From positions 128,001 to 192,000 of the forward strand of contig CAWGSK010000012.1 of the NCBI GenBank assembly GCA_963825055.1: DNA of 64,000 nt. Direction: 5' to 3'. A program made the position numbers and the translations under genes. Position 1 is the first letter of the stretch, and the number at the start of each line of letters is the position of its first letter. Source of the DNA: an uncultured Gemmatimonadales bacterium. GTDB taxonomy: Bacteria; Gemmatimonadota; Gemmatimonadetes; Gemmatimonadales; GWC2-71-9. Shown here piece by piece: positions 46,754 to 56,292 of the stretch. A model generated the notes under the pieces. That model saw only the letters and a program-made list of their open reading frames with translations. It was not told the origin of the DNA and searched no databases.

Positions 46754-48433
46754 ATGCTTCGACTACTCGCAGTCCTGTGTCTCGCGGCGCTTCCCGCCGC
46801 GGCCCAGCAGGCGCCCGCCGACCTCGTCGTCACGGGTGCACGGATCTACACGGCCGATGCGGCGCAGCCCCGCGCCACCGCCCTGGCGGTACGCGATGGC
46901 AGGATAGCGTTCGTCGGGAGCGACCGCGGGGCACTCACGCTCGTGGGGCCCCGCACCACCCGCCTCGACCTTACCGGCCGCACGGTCATTCCCGGCATGA
47001 TTGACGCACACGGCCACCTGATGAACCTCGGCAAGGCGCTCAGCACCGTGGACCTCACCGGCACCCGGTCGTACCAGGAAGTGATTGACCGGGTCGTGGC
47101 CCGCGCGCGCACAATGCCCGCCGGCGCATGGATTGTGGGGCGGGGATGGGACCAGAACGACTGGTCCAGCACCTCGTTCCCCACGCACGATGCCCTGAGC
47201 CGGGCCGTCCCCGGTCACCCGGTCCTGCTCGAGCGTGTGGATGGCCACGCGATGCTGGCCAACGCTGCCGCCATGAAGCTGGCGAACCTGACCTCGGCGA
47301 CGCCTGATCCTCCGGGGGGCCGGGTGCTTCGCGACGCCGGCGGAAACCCCACCGGTGTTCTGGTCGATGATGCCATGCAACTGGTGGAGGGTGTCATTCC
47401 GCAGGCATCCTCCGGGGAGCGCCGGGCGCGCGCGCTCGCTGCCGTGGCGGAACTCAACCGATGGGGGCTTACCGGCGTCCACGACGCCGGCGTGAGCCCC
47501 GCCGAGATCGCGACGTACCGCGAACTCGCCGGGGAGGGGAAGTTCTCCATCCGTGACTACGTCATGGTGGACGATACCACGGCCGCCGAGTGGTTTCGCC
47601 GCGGCCCCCAGCTCGGCCTGGACGACGGGCACATCTGGATCCGGGCCGTGAAAGCCTACGCCGACGGCGCCCTCGGGAGCCGCGGGGCCGCATTGCTCGA
47701 GCCGTACAGTGACGACCCCGGGAACACCGGGCTGGTCCTGACGGATGCCGATTCCCTTCGCCGCCTCGCCGTGGGTGCGCTGCGGGCGGGGTTCCAGCTC
47801 AACGTGCACGCGATCGGCGACCGGGCCAACCGGACGGTGCTCGATGCCTTCGAGGCGGCCATGCAGGAGGTGCCAAGGGCCGACCCCCGGTTCCGGATCG
47901 AGCACGCGCAGGTCCTGAACGCCGCGGACATCCCGCGGTTCGCGGCCCTCGGGGTGATCCCGTCCATGCAGGGAAGCCACCAGACCAGTGACATGTACTG
48001 GGCCGTTGAGCGGCTCGGGGCCGGACGTATTCTCGGCGCCTACGCCTGGCACTCGCTGCTCAAGACGGGCGTCATCGTCCCGAACGGGTCCGACTTCCCG
48101 GTCGAGTCTCCCAATCCGCTGCTGTCGTTCCGCGCGTTCTTCACCAGGCAGGATCCGTCGGGGTGGCCGCCGGGTGGCTGGTATCCGGCCGAACGGACCA
48201 CACGGGAGGAGGCCCTGCTCTCGATGACGCTCTGGCCGGCTCGCGCATCCTTCATGGAGGCGGAGGTGGGCTCCCTGGCCGCGGGCAAGTACGCCGACTT
48301 CGTCGTGCTGGACCGCGATATCATGACGGCCGCTCCACCCGATGTTCTCGGTGCGCGGGTGCTTCGCACCGTGGTTGGTGGGAAGACCGTGTACGAGGCC
48401 GCGGATGCGCCGGGTGCCAGCAGTGGCCGCTGA
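46754..48433 (+). CDS. Exported amidohydrolase (Amidohydro_3, YtcJ-like)
   Basis: Signal peptide; PGMIDAHGH, K..ADGALGSRGA, HAIGDRA, RIEHAQ, GSDFP. Confidence 0.9.
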   Translation: MLRLLAVLCLAALPAAAQQAPADLVVTGARIYTADAAQPRATALAVRDGRIAFVGSDRGALTLVGPRTTRLDLTGRTVIPGMIDAHGHLMNLGKALSTVDLTGTRSYQEVIDRVVARARTMPAGAWIVGRGWDQNDWSSTSFPTHDALSRAVPGHPVLLERVDGHAMLANAAAMKLANLTSATPDPPGGRVLRDAGGNPTGVLVDDAMQLVEGVIPQASSGERRARALAAVAELNRWGLTGVHDAGVSPAEIATYRELAGEGKFSIRDYVMVDDTTAAEWFRRGPQLGLDDGHIWIRAVKAYADGALGSRGAALLEPYSDDPGNTGLVLTDADSLRRLAVGALRAGFQLNVHAIGDRANRTVLDAFEAAMQEVPRADPRFRIEHAQVLNAADIPRFAALGVIPSMQGSHQTSDMYWAVERLGAGRILGAYAWHSLLKTGVIVPNGSDFPVESPNPLLSFRAFFTRQDPSGWPPGGWYPAERTTREEALLSMTLWPARASFMEAEVGSLAAGKYADFVVLDRDIMTAAPPDVLGARVLRTVVGGKTVYEAADAPGASSGR

Positions 48434-48471
48434 CTCGTCCCCGCGGTGATTACCTCAGTTCCGGAGTTCGC

Positions 48472-49044
48472 ATGAGACGAGCCCTGTCCGTTCTCCTCCC
48501 CTGGCTGATGGTTGCGGCAGCCGCGCACGCGCAGGACACCGCGCGGCCGGCCGCCAGCGTCATCTCCGGCCCGCGGCCCGGTGCCCGCGCCCCCGACTTT
48601 GCGCTTCCGTGGGCCGGAGCGGACTCCGTTGCGTCCGAGGCAGCGTTCCGGCTGAGCGACCAGCGGGGCAGGGTCGTCATCCTCGCCTTCGTTCCCAGGG
48701 CGTGGACGGCCACGACGACCCGCGAGCTTCGCCAGTTCGCCGAACGTCAGGATTCCCTGCTGGGGGACCAGGCCATGATGGTCGCGGTGACGCCCGATCC
48801 GGCGCAGACAAACTTCGAGTACGCGCGCAGCATCGGGACCCCGTTCCGGGTGCTCAGTGACACCGACCAGGAGGTGTCGCGCCAATACGGGAGCAAGGCT
48901 GACGGTGGATACAATCGCCGGACGATCTACGTCATCGGGTACACCGGAGACGTCGTCTGGCGTGAACTGCGGTTCGACCCGGACGCCGCCTCGGCCTGGC
49001 ACGCGCTGGAACGCGCCGTGCACGCGGCACGCGCCGGACAATGA
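48472..49044 (+). CDS. Exported AhpC/TSA (peroxiredoxin/BCP)-fold protein lacking cysteine
   Basis: APDF.L, RGRVVILAFVPRAWT, LSD...VSRQYG, RRTIYVI; no Cys in the protein. Confidence 0.75.
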   Translation: MRRALSVLLPWLMVAAAAHAQDTARPAASVISGPRPGARAPDFALPWAGADSVASEAAFRLSDQRGRVVILAFVPRAWTATTTRELRQFAERQDSLLGDQAMMVAVTPDPAQTNFEYARSIGTPFRVLSDTDQEVSRQYGSKADGGYNRRTIYVIGYTGDVVWRELRFDPDAASAWHALERAVHAARAGQ

Positions 49045-49063
49045 CCGGACAGGGAGGAAGCGC

Positions 49064-49906
49064 ATGACCCGGACCTCCGCGCTGCAGGCTGCCGCCGCGC
49101 TGCTCCTGCTGCTGGGCGCCGGCAGGGTGAACCTCTCCGCGCAGGGCAGGACGGATACGCTGCAACAGTGGGAACTGACCCACCTGCGCGGGGGATGGTG
49201 CACGGCGTTCCTGATGGCCCCGGAGCAGGCGCGGCGCCAGCTCCCTCGAAGCTTCGCGCCGGTGGCCGCGGCCGACCTGCCGGGCGTGCACCCGGCCCTG
49301 CTCCGCACCGTCCAGGACGAGCCACAGTACAGCGGATGGATTCCCGCCCGCGTGTGCTTCTTCCACTTCGACACCGTGCGCGTCGATGGTCGCGACAGGT
49401 TCGAGGACGGCCGCCTCCCTGACCTGAACCGGACACAGGTGCTGGGTATCTGGGGCGTCGCGGCTCGGGACACGGAGCACCCGGAACAGGGCACGGCGTT
49501 CTTCGTACGGGAGTTCCGGACGCGGGATGGGGGGCTCCAGGCCGTGGCACGCCGCGCCTCCATCCGGGTGGAGAACATGAAAGTCCAGATGGGGCAGATG
49601 CCGGACACCGAGGAGAACCGCTGGCGCTACGAGTTCGGCAAGACCACCCTCACCTGGGACGGGCATCCTTCGCCTGACTCCACCGCATCCACCGGGCCTG
49701 ACTCCACGGAGTGGGTGGTCCGCTCCCTCCACGGTTCCGAACTCCGGGCGATGTTCACCTGGGATCCCGGTACCGTGCACTACATGGTTGGAGCCATGAG
49801 TATCCAGGGCAAGGATGACCTGGCGAAGGCGCTTGGCGCCTCCCCGATCCGGATGATTGGTCCGCTTTACCTTGAAGGGAGCGGACAACTGATCTTCTAC
49901 CGCTGA
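49064..49906 (+). CDS. Exported hypothetical protein
   Basis: GGAGG RBS; signal peptide; beta-rich sequence. Confidence 0.65.
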   Translation: MTRTSALQAAAALLLLLGAGRVNLSAQGRTDTLQQWELTHLRGGWCTAFLMAPEQARRQLPRSFAPVAAADLPGVHPALLRTVQDEPQYSGWIPARVCFFHFDTVRVDGRDRFEDGRLPDLNRTQVLGIWGVAARDTEHPEQGTAFFVREFRTRDGGLQAVARRASIRVENMKVQMGQMPDTEENRWRYEFGKTTLTWDGHPSPDSTASTGPDSTEWVVRSLHGSELRAMFTWDPGTVHYMVGAMSIQGKDDLAKALGASPIRMIGPLYLEGSGQLIFYR

Positions 49907-50000
49907 ACGGTGGCTTACCCGCGCCTCGTCCGCTGGCATGGTTCTTCCCACGATGAGATGTGGACCCCAAGATCGATTTCCCTGACCAGAAGCCCCGAAA

Positions 50001-50648
50001 ATGGCCAGTATTGGGCATCTCGCCGCCGGTGCAGCCGTCGGCGCCCTCCAGTCCCGGATCACCCGAGTTCGCCCGTCCTGGGCGATCCTCGGCGCCTGCG
50101 CCCTCGCGGTGGCCCCTGACCTCGACCTGATCTCCTACCACCTGTGGGCCCCGGACGGCGATCCGCTGGCTCACCGCGGGATGACCCACAGCCTGATATT
50201 TGCCGTGGCGCTGGCCATCATTCTGGGGGTGGCCCTCCGCCGCCGTTATCCAGATGCCAGAGTGGGGCTGTTCGCCTTCCTTGCCCTGGCCAGTCACGGG
50301 CTGATGGACACTCTGAGCCACGTCGGCGACGGACCCAAACTGCTCTGGCCCTTCCTGAACCGGGGCATCCATTCCCCGTGGCAGCCCGTTCCGGGGGTGC
50401 CCACCGCATCGGACTACTTTTCCATCCATGCCATTCCGACATTTCTCGTCGAAGCGGTGATATTCAGCCCGCTGGTGGTGGTCGCCGTGCTGCTGGTGAT
50501 GAGCAGGGAAGGGCAGGAGAGCTCCCCGGCCCGTCCGGAACGGGTCGAGCGCCAGGCTGGTAGGGCGAAGCGCCGGGAAGCCAGGAGGCGGCGCTCCAGG
50601 AAAGGCCAGAAACGCGAAAAAGAGCCGATATTCACTGTCGGTGCATAA
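50001..50648 (+). CDS. YdjM-like inner-membrane metal-dependent hydrolase
   Basis: GH, PDLD, HRGMTHS, SHGLMD motifs. Confidence 0.85.
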   Translation: MASIGHLAAGAAVGALQSRITRVRPSWAILGACALAVAPDLDLISYHLWAPDGDPLAHRGMTHSLIFAVALAIILGVALRRRYPDARVGLFAFLALASHGLMDTLSHVGDGPKLLWPFLNRGIHSPWQPVPGVPTASDYFSIHAIPTFLVEAVIFSPLVVVAVLLVMSREGQESSPARPERVERQAGRAKRREARRRRSRKGQKREKEPIFTVGA

Positions 50649-50679
50649 AATACCCGCCAGAGACGCCACTGTCATAATG

Positions 50680-50955
50680 CTCTTTTCCACATTCAATGTC
50701 GTATTTTAAGTGTTGTTAATAAACATTTTATAAAAGCGACTTAAAGTGGAAAATCAGGTGCTGCCCGAGAATGTTGTCGGATATGGCCTTGGGAGCCCGA
50801 TTCCACGCAATCCAGAAATTCACATGTTGAAAAGCAGGGTTTCCCACATACCACTTCGCCGGCCATCGCACGCCCCGATTCACTGGCAACCCCCCGTCGA
50901 CTGCGCGTGGAAAACCCGGCTGACCATCCACAGAGTGCGAACAACCTCCACAGGC
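50680..50955. other. Candidate replication origin: AT-rich tract plus DnaA-box cluster
   Basis: TTTTCCACA 50683-50691 (perfect TTWTNCACA); one-mismatch boxes at 50745, 50825, 50840, 50906; weaker boxes at 50799, 50816, 50924, 50944; AT-rich 50700-50745. Confidence 0.55.
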
Positions 50956-50966
50956 CACGCCTCCCC

Positions 50967-52553
50967 GTGACGCGCGGGGCTCCCCACGGGTCGGGCCGGC
51001 CCGACCCCGCGCGCTGTCGAAATGGCTGGCTGGTTGCGGGCCGGATCGAGACCATGTCGGAGGGCCCTGCGGCCGACTCGATCTGGTGGCAGGACGGCCA
51101 AGTCCGGGCGGTGGGCCCGGCATCGGAGGTATCCGGCCTGGTTCCGCCTGGCACACCATCCTGGGAGTTCCCGAACGGGCTCGTGACTCCCGGATTCGTC
51201 GATGGCCACACGCATTTCGCCATGTGGGCGTTGAACCGGTCGAGAGTCCAGCTTGCCGGCGCGGAGACCCGGGACGAGGCGCTCAGCCGGATTGCCGTGG
51301 CGCGTCCCGAGGACGGCTGGATCCTGGGGCAGGGATGGGATGCCAACGGCTGGCGGTTGCGCCCCGAGCGCTCCGTGCTCGACCGCCTGCATGCTATCCC
51401 GGTCTGCCTCGACTCCCTCGATGTCCACGCGGTCTGGGTGAACACCCCGGCCCTGGAACTGGCCGGGATCTCGCGGGAGACCCCCGATCCGCCCGGTGGG
51501 CGCATCGTTCGTGACGCGGGCGGGGAGCCCACGGGCATCCTGCTGGAGCGGGCCGTGGACCTGATGCGCCGCGTCCTGCCCCAGCCGGACCCCGGCCGGG
51601 TCGAGCGGGCCCTCGTGGAGGGGCAGCGGGAGGCGCACCGGCTTGGGCTCACCGGGATTCACGATGTCGAGGACGAGGGAGTTTTCTCGGCGTTCCGTGC
51701 ACTGGAGAGGGACGGGGGACTCCGTCTCAGGGTCCTGTTCCATCATCCCGTGGCTGCGCTGCCGCGCCTGCTCCGTGCGGGCACCAGGAGTGGAAAAGGA
51801 AGCCGATGGCTCGTTCACGGTGGGATCAAGCTCTTTCTGGACGGCAGCCTGGGCAGCCGGACCGCGTGGATGCTTGAGCCATATGAGGGGACGCGTGACC
51901 GGGGCATGCCGGTGACGGCGCTCGAGGAGGCCGGGGCTGCCGTACGGCTGGCGGCGGGAGCAGGCATCGCCAGCGCCGTGCATGCCATCGGTGATGCCGC
52001 GGTGCGCCGCGCCCTGGACCTGCTGGATACGCTGCCCACCGTCGGCATCCCGCACCGCATCGAGCACCTGCAGTGCGTGGACCTGGCCGACCTGGCGCGC
52101 GCGGCCGGCCGCGGCATTGTGGCCAGCATGCAACCAGCGCATCTCCCGACCGACATCCCCACAGCGGAGCGCCACTGGGGCGCGCGTTCACGGGGGGCCT
52201 ACGCGTTCGGCAGCCTGGCCCGGGCGGGAACCACGCTGGTCTTCGGCAGCGACATTCCCGTGGCCCTGCCCGATCCGCGACTTGGTGTTCTCGCCGCCGT
52301 GGAGCGGGAGTCCGACCCGGGCGCCGGCCCATGGTATCCGGGTGAGCAGGTGGACTTCCGCACCGCCCTGGCCGCGTACACGCTCGGCCCGGCCCGTGCG
52401 GCCGGCCTGTCCGCCCGACGCGGCAGGCTCCTGCCCGGCCAGGATGCGGATCTGGTTGTGTGGGAGACGCACGGCGACGGCGGAGCACGCGCCTTCGGTG
52501 ACGCCGGCGTTCGGCTGACCGTCGTGGATGGCGAGCCGGTGTACCTGGCCTGA
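50967..52553 (+). CDS. Amidohydrolase (Amidohydro_3, YtcJ-like), start uncertain
   Basis: PGFVDGHTH, KLFLDGSLGSRTA, HAIGDAA, RIEH, GSD. Confidence 0.88.
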   Translation: MTRGAPHGSGRPDPARCRNGWLVAGRIETMSEGPAADSIWWQDGQVRAVGPASEVSGLVPPGTPSWEFPNGLVTPGFVDGHTHFAMWALNRSRVQLAGAETRDEALSRIAVARPEDGWILGQGWDANGWRLRPERSVLDRLHAIPVCLDSLDVHAVWVNTPALELAGISRETPDPPGGRIVRDAGGEPTGILLERAVDLMRRVLPQPDPGRVERALVEGQREAHRLGLTGIHDVEDEGVFSAFRALERDGGLRLRVLFHHPVAALPRLLRAGTRSGKGSRWLVHGGIKLFLDGSLGSRTAWMLEPYEGTRDRGMPVTALEEAGAAVRLAAGAGIASAVHAIGDAAVRRALDLLDTLPTVGIPHRIEHLQCVDLADLARAAGRGIVASMQPAHLPTDIPTAERHWGARSRGAYAFGSLARAGTTLVFGSDIPVALPDPRLGVLAAVERESDPGAGPWYPGEQVDFRTALAAYTLGPARAAGLSARRGRLLPGQDADLVVWETHGDGGARAFGDAGVRLTVVDGEPVYLA

Positions 52554-52561
52554 CGGGCAGG

Positions 52562-52589
52562 TTGCACCGGCATCCCTCCCCGTTAGACT
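52562..52589 (+). promoter_or_regulatory. Sigma70-like promoter; leaderless pyk start
   Basis: TTGCAC-N16-TAGACT-N6-GTG. Confidence 0.55.
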
Positions 52590-52595
52590 TCGCCC

Positions 52596-54056
52596 GTGAC
52601 TCATCCCGCGCAGCGCCGCACCAAGATCGTCGCGACCCTTGGGCCCTCATGGGCCACTCCTGACCGGATGGCCGAGCTGCTCGATGCCGGCGTCGACCTG
52701 GTCCGGGTCAATTCCTCCCACGCCACGCCTGAGACCCGCTATGGCTGGATCGAGGACCTGAAGGGCATCCAGGCCGGGCGGGCTTCGCCGGCGGGCATCC
52801 TGGTGGACCTCCAGGGCCCGCGGATCCGCGTGGGCACGCTCCCGGAGCCGCGGCACCTCGCTCCCGACGAGACGGTGGTCTTCGCGCCCGAAGGCGAGGC
52901 CGCTCCAGACGAGATCCCCCATACCTACCGGCAACTCTCCCGTGACGTCGGACCGGGCTCGCGGATTCTTCTCGACGACGGACTGCTCGAGGTCGAGGTG
53001 ACATCCGTTGAAGGCACGCGGGTCACTGGCCGTGTGCGCTACGGCGGGGAACTGAAGTCCAACAAGGGAATGAACCTGCCTGACGTGGACGTCAGCGCCC
53101 CTGCCCTTACCTCGCGCGATCGCGAGGAGGTGAAGCGCGCCGTGGCGGCGGGGGTGGACTACATCGCGCTGTCGTTCGTGCGGCGGCCCGACGATGTCGA
53201 GCAGTTGCGCGCCCTCGTGCCCGAGGGCATCAAGCTGATCGCGAAAATCGAGAAGGACACGGCCCTGAAGCACCTGCCGGAGATCATCGCCGTATCCGAC
53301 GCGATCATGGTCGCGCGCGGCGACCTCGGCGTGGAACTGCCGTTCGAGGAAGTCCCGCTCATGCAGAAGCGGCTCATCCGCGAGGCGAACCTCCAGGGCA
53401 AGGTCGTGATCACGGCGACCCAGATGCTGGAGTCGATGGTGCATGCGCCGCGTCCCACGCGCGCCGAGGCCAGTGACGTGGCCAACGCCATCCTCGACGG
53501 CACTGATGCCGTCATGCTCTCGGCGGAAACCGCCGTGGGCCTCTACCCGCTGGAGGCCGTGCGCGCGATGGACCGGATCGCCCGTGAGGTGGAGGAGAAC
53601 GTGCCGGGACGGAGCCCCGCGTACGAGGCGGCCGTGGGGCACTCACGCCGCCGTGGCGAGGTGGCCCCCACACCCTCTCCCAGGCACCAGGCGGCCCGTA
53701 CCGAGGATGCCATCGGGCTGGCCGTGAACGTGGCCGCCGAACTGCTCTCCGCGCCCATCATCCTCTGTTTCACCAGCAGCGGGTTCACCGCCCGCAAGGT
53801 GTCGGCGTACCGCCCGGACGTGCCCATTGTCGCGGTGACCCACGATCCGCGAACCGCGCGGCAGCTGCGCCTCGTCTGGGGCGTCCTGCCCGTCCTCGTC
53901 GCCCGGCTGCCCGACTACGATTCGATGCTGGACGCCGCCCGGGCGGAGCTTGCCCGGCTGGACCTGGTGGATCCTGGAGAGCCCGTCATCGTCACGGCGG
54001 GTGTCCCGTTCGACGTACCGGGCACCACGAACGTGCTGAAGGTTGAGATCTTCTGA
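52596..54056 (+). CDS. pyk: Pyruvate kinase
   Basis: RRTKIVATLGP, DLQGP, AKIEK, MVARGDLGVE, ATQMLESM, PTRAEASDV. Confidence 0.97.
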   Translation: MTHPAQRRTKIVATLGPSWATPDRMAELLDAGVDLVRVNSSHATPETRYGWIEDLKGIQAGRASPAGILVDLQGPRIRVGTLPEPRHLAPDETVVFAPEGEAAPDEIPHTYRQLSRDVGPGSRILLDDGLLEVEVTSVEGTRVTGRVRYGGELKSNKGMNLPDVDVSAPALTSRDREEVKRAVAAGVDYIALSFVRRPDDVEQLRALVPEGIKLIAKIEKDTALKHLPEIIAVSDAIMVARGDLGVELPFEEVPLMQKRLIREANLQGKVVITATQMLESMVHAPRPTRAEASDVANAILDGTDAVMLSAETAVGLYPLEAVRAMDRIAREVEENVPGRSPAYEAAVGHSRRRGEVAPTPSPRHQAARTEDAIGLAVNVAAELLSAPIILCFTSSGFTARKVSAYRPDVPIVAVTHDPRTARQLRLVWGVLPVLVARLPDYDSMLDAARAELARLDLVDPGEPVIVTAGVPFDVPGTTNVLKVEIF

Positions 54057-54060
54057 CCTC

Positions 54061-54837
54061 ATGCATCTCCATTTTCTCGGGACCGGCACATCCTTCGGCA
54101 TACCCCAGATCGGCTGTGACTGTGACGTGTGCACCTCAGCGGACCCCCGCGACCGGCGGACCCGGTCCGGCGCGCTGGTCCTCGGCGACTCCGGTACCGT
54201 CCTGATCGACACGCCCCCCGAGCTCCGGTTGCAGCTCGTGCGCGCCGGGGTGGGGGAGGTGGACGCGGTGCTCTACACGCACGAGCATGCCGACCACACC
54301 AACGGAATCGACGACCTGCGCATGTTTTCCCAGCGACGGCGGGAGGCACTGCCGGTCTACGGGCCCGCCGAGACGATGGCGCGGCTGCACGCGGGGTTCG
54401 CCTATATCTTCGACGACGGCACCCAGGCGTTCGAGGGCACCAGCAAGCCCCGGCTGGAAACGCACGCGCTCGAGCCCGGGGAGACGGCCGAGATCGCCGG
54501 CCTTCCGGTCCTGCCCATCGCGTTTCCGCACGGACATATCCGGGTGTTCGGCTACCGGATCGGCAATCTGGCGTACATTACCGATGTGAAGGCCGTGGGT
54601 GAGCGGGAGCGGTCGATGCTGGAGGATCTGGACGTGCTGGTCCTGAACGCGCTGTGGTGGCGGAGTCACCCGACCCACCTGAGCATCGGGGAGGCGGTGG
54701 CCACTGCGGAAGCCCTGGGGGCGCGGCGCACGTTCCTGACGCACCTGACCCATGAAACCGGGCACGCCGAACTCGCGGCGCGCCTCCCGGCCGGCATCGA
54801 GCCGGCGTATGACGGGCTGATGGTGGAGGTAGGCTGA
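54061..54837 (+). CDS. MBL-fold phosphodiesterase (PhnP/YycJ-like)
   Basis: LGTGTS.G.P.IGCDC..C, THEHADH..GIDD, YITD, THLTH. Confidence 0.88.
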   Translation: MHLHFLGTGTSFGIPQIGCDCDVCTSADPRDRRTRSGALVLGDSGTVLIDTPPELRLQLVRAGVGEVDAVLYTHEHADHTNGIDDLRMFSQRRREALPVYGPAETMARLHAGFAYIFDDGTQAFEGTSKPRLETHALEPGETAEIAGLPVLPIAFPHGHIRVFGYRIGNLAYITDVKAVGERERSMLEDLDVLVLNALWWRSHPTHLSIGEAVATAEALGARRTFLTHLTHETGHAELAARLPAGIEPAYDGLMVEVG

Positions 54838-56214
54838 ATGCGGCTGGCATACGGACGGATGTTCCAGGACCGGCTGGACGGCGAGCACGGGCTCGACCGC
54901 GCACGCCTGGAGGACCTGCAACGGCGCTTCGGCGAGGTGCAGGCCGAGGTGCTCCGCCGCCGCGGGGCGGGGGAGTACGGGTTCTACGACCTGGCCGACC
55001 AGGACGAGGCGGTGCGCAACATCAGCACGTTCGCCGAGGGGCTGGGGCAGGCCCACGACCACGTGCTCGTGCTTGGCATCGGCGGCTCGGCCCTCGGTAC
55101 CCGCGCGCTGCTGAGCGCGCTGCGTCCGCCGGCATGGAACGAGCTGGATGACGAGAACCGTGATTTCTTCCCGCGCCTTACCGTGCTGGATAATGTGGAT
55201 CCGGTCTCGGTGAAGGCCGCCCTGGAGCGGATCGATCCGCGGCGCGTGCTGGTGAACGTCGTGAGCAAGTCCGGCGGCACCGCCGAGACCATGGCGCAGT
55301 ACCTCGTGGTGCGCCACTGGCTGGACGAAGCGCTGGGCGGCGCCGCCTACCGGCACCTCGTCTTTACCACCGATCCCGAGCGCGGGGCCCTGCGGACCAT
55401 GGCGGAGGCCGAGGGGATTGCGACCCTGGAGGTGCCACCGGCCGTGGGAGGGCGCTTCAGCGTGCTTTCGCCGGTGGGACTCCTGCCCGCCGCGCTCGTG
55501 GGGATCGACATCGCGGCGCTCCTCCGTGGTGCGAAGCGCGCCCTCGCCAGCGCGGGAGAGAAGTCACTGGCGCGGAACCGCGCGGCGCTTCACGCGGGAC
55601 TGCTCTGGAGCGCCGACGCAACCCTGGGCGCGAGGATCCACGTCGTGATGCCATACGTGGATCGCCTCCGGGAATTCGCCGAGTGGTATCGACAGCTCTG
55701 GGCGGAGAGTCTCGGTAAGCGGGTGAACCGCGAGGGTGCGGACGTCTTCGCGGGGCCGACGCCCGTGGCCGCGGTGGGAGCAACCGACCAGCACAGCCAG
55801 GTCCAGCTCTTCATGGAGGGGCCGTTCGACAAGGTCATCACCTTCATTACGGTGGAGGAGCGGGCCGATGACGTGGCGATTCCCGCCCGCGACGGCGTAC
55901 CGGAGGAACTGGGTTACCTGGCCGGCCACACCCTGGGAGAACTGCTCGACGCCGAACAGCGGGCCACCGCCGCGGCGCTGGCCCGCCAGGGCCGGATGAG
56001 CATGCACCTCCGCCTGCCGCGGCTGGACGCCGAGGGACTGGGCGAGCTCGTCATGTTCTACCAGGTCGCCACGGGCTATGCCGGGGTGTGGTACAATGTG
56101 GACCCGTTCGACCAGCCAGGGGTCGAGCTGGGCAAGCGGCTTACCTTCGGGGCCATGGGCCGTCCCGGCTTCACCGCAGATGACGTGGACGCGCCGCCGG
56201 GCGACGAGGCGTGA
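54838..56214 (+). CDS. pgi: Glucose-6-phosphate isomerase
   Basis: GIGGSALG, SKSGGTAET, GGRFSVLS, QLWAESLGK, DQHS, FDQPGVELGK. Confidence 0.96.
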   Translation: MRLAYGRMFQDRLDGEHGLDRARLEDLQRRFGEVQAEVLRRRGAGEYGFYDLADQDEAVRNISTFAEGLGQAHDHVLVLGIGGSALGTRALLSALRPPAWNELDDENRDFFPRLTVLDNVDPVSVKAALERIDPRRVLVNVVSKSGGTAETMAQYLVVRHWLDEALGGAAYRHLVFTTDPERGALRTMAEAEGIATLEVPPAVGGRFSVLSPVGLLPAALVGIDIAALLRGAKRALASAGEKSLARNRAALHAGLLWSADATLGARIHVVMPYVDRLREFAEWYRQLWAESLGKRVNREGADVFAGPTPVAAVGATDQHSQVQLFMEGPFDKVITFITVEERADDVAIPARDGVPEELGYLAGHTLGELLDAEQRATAAALARQGRMSMHLRLPRLDAEGLGELVMFYQVATGYAGVWYNVDPFDQPGVELGKRLTFGAMGRPGFTADDVDAPPGDEA

Positions 56215-56222
56215 TGCCCCGT

Positions 56223-56251
56223 TTGACGCCCCTCCGGACGGCACCTAGGTT
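56223..56251 (+). promoter_or_regulatory. Sigma70-like promoter of fba
   Basis: TTGACG-N17-TAGGTT; GGAG SD before ATG 56293. Confidence 0.55.
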
Positions 56252-56292
56252 TCGGGTCCTGCTGGCGACTGACACGGTCAATGGAGCGATAC

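Noticed and set aside
48700..48730. Selenocysteine (TGA) at the peroxidatic position
   Set aside because: The codons are ACG ACG ACC; there is no in-frame TGA
50704..50722. IHF site in the AT-rich tract
   Set aside because: TAAGTGTTGTTA has the wrong spacing and mismatches for WATCAANNNNTTR
50746..50970. Short ORFs across the AT-rich / DnaA-box region
   Set aside because: Atypical composition and no motifs; better explained as non-coding
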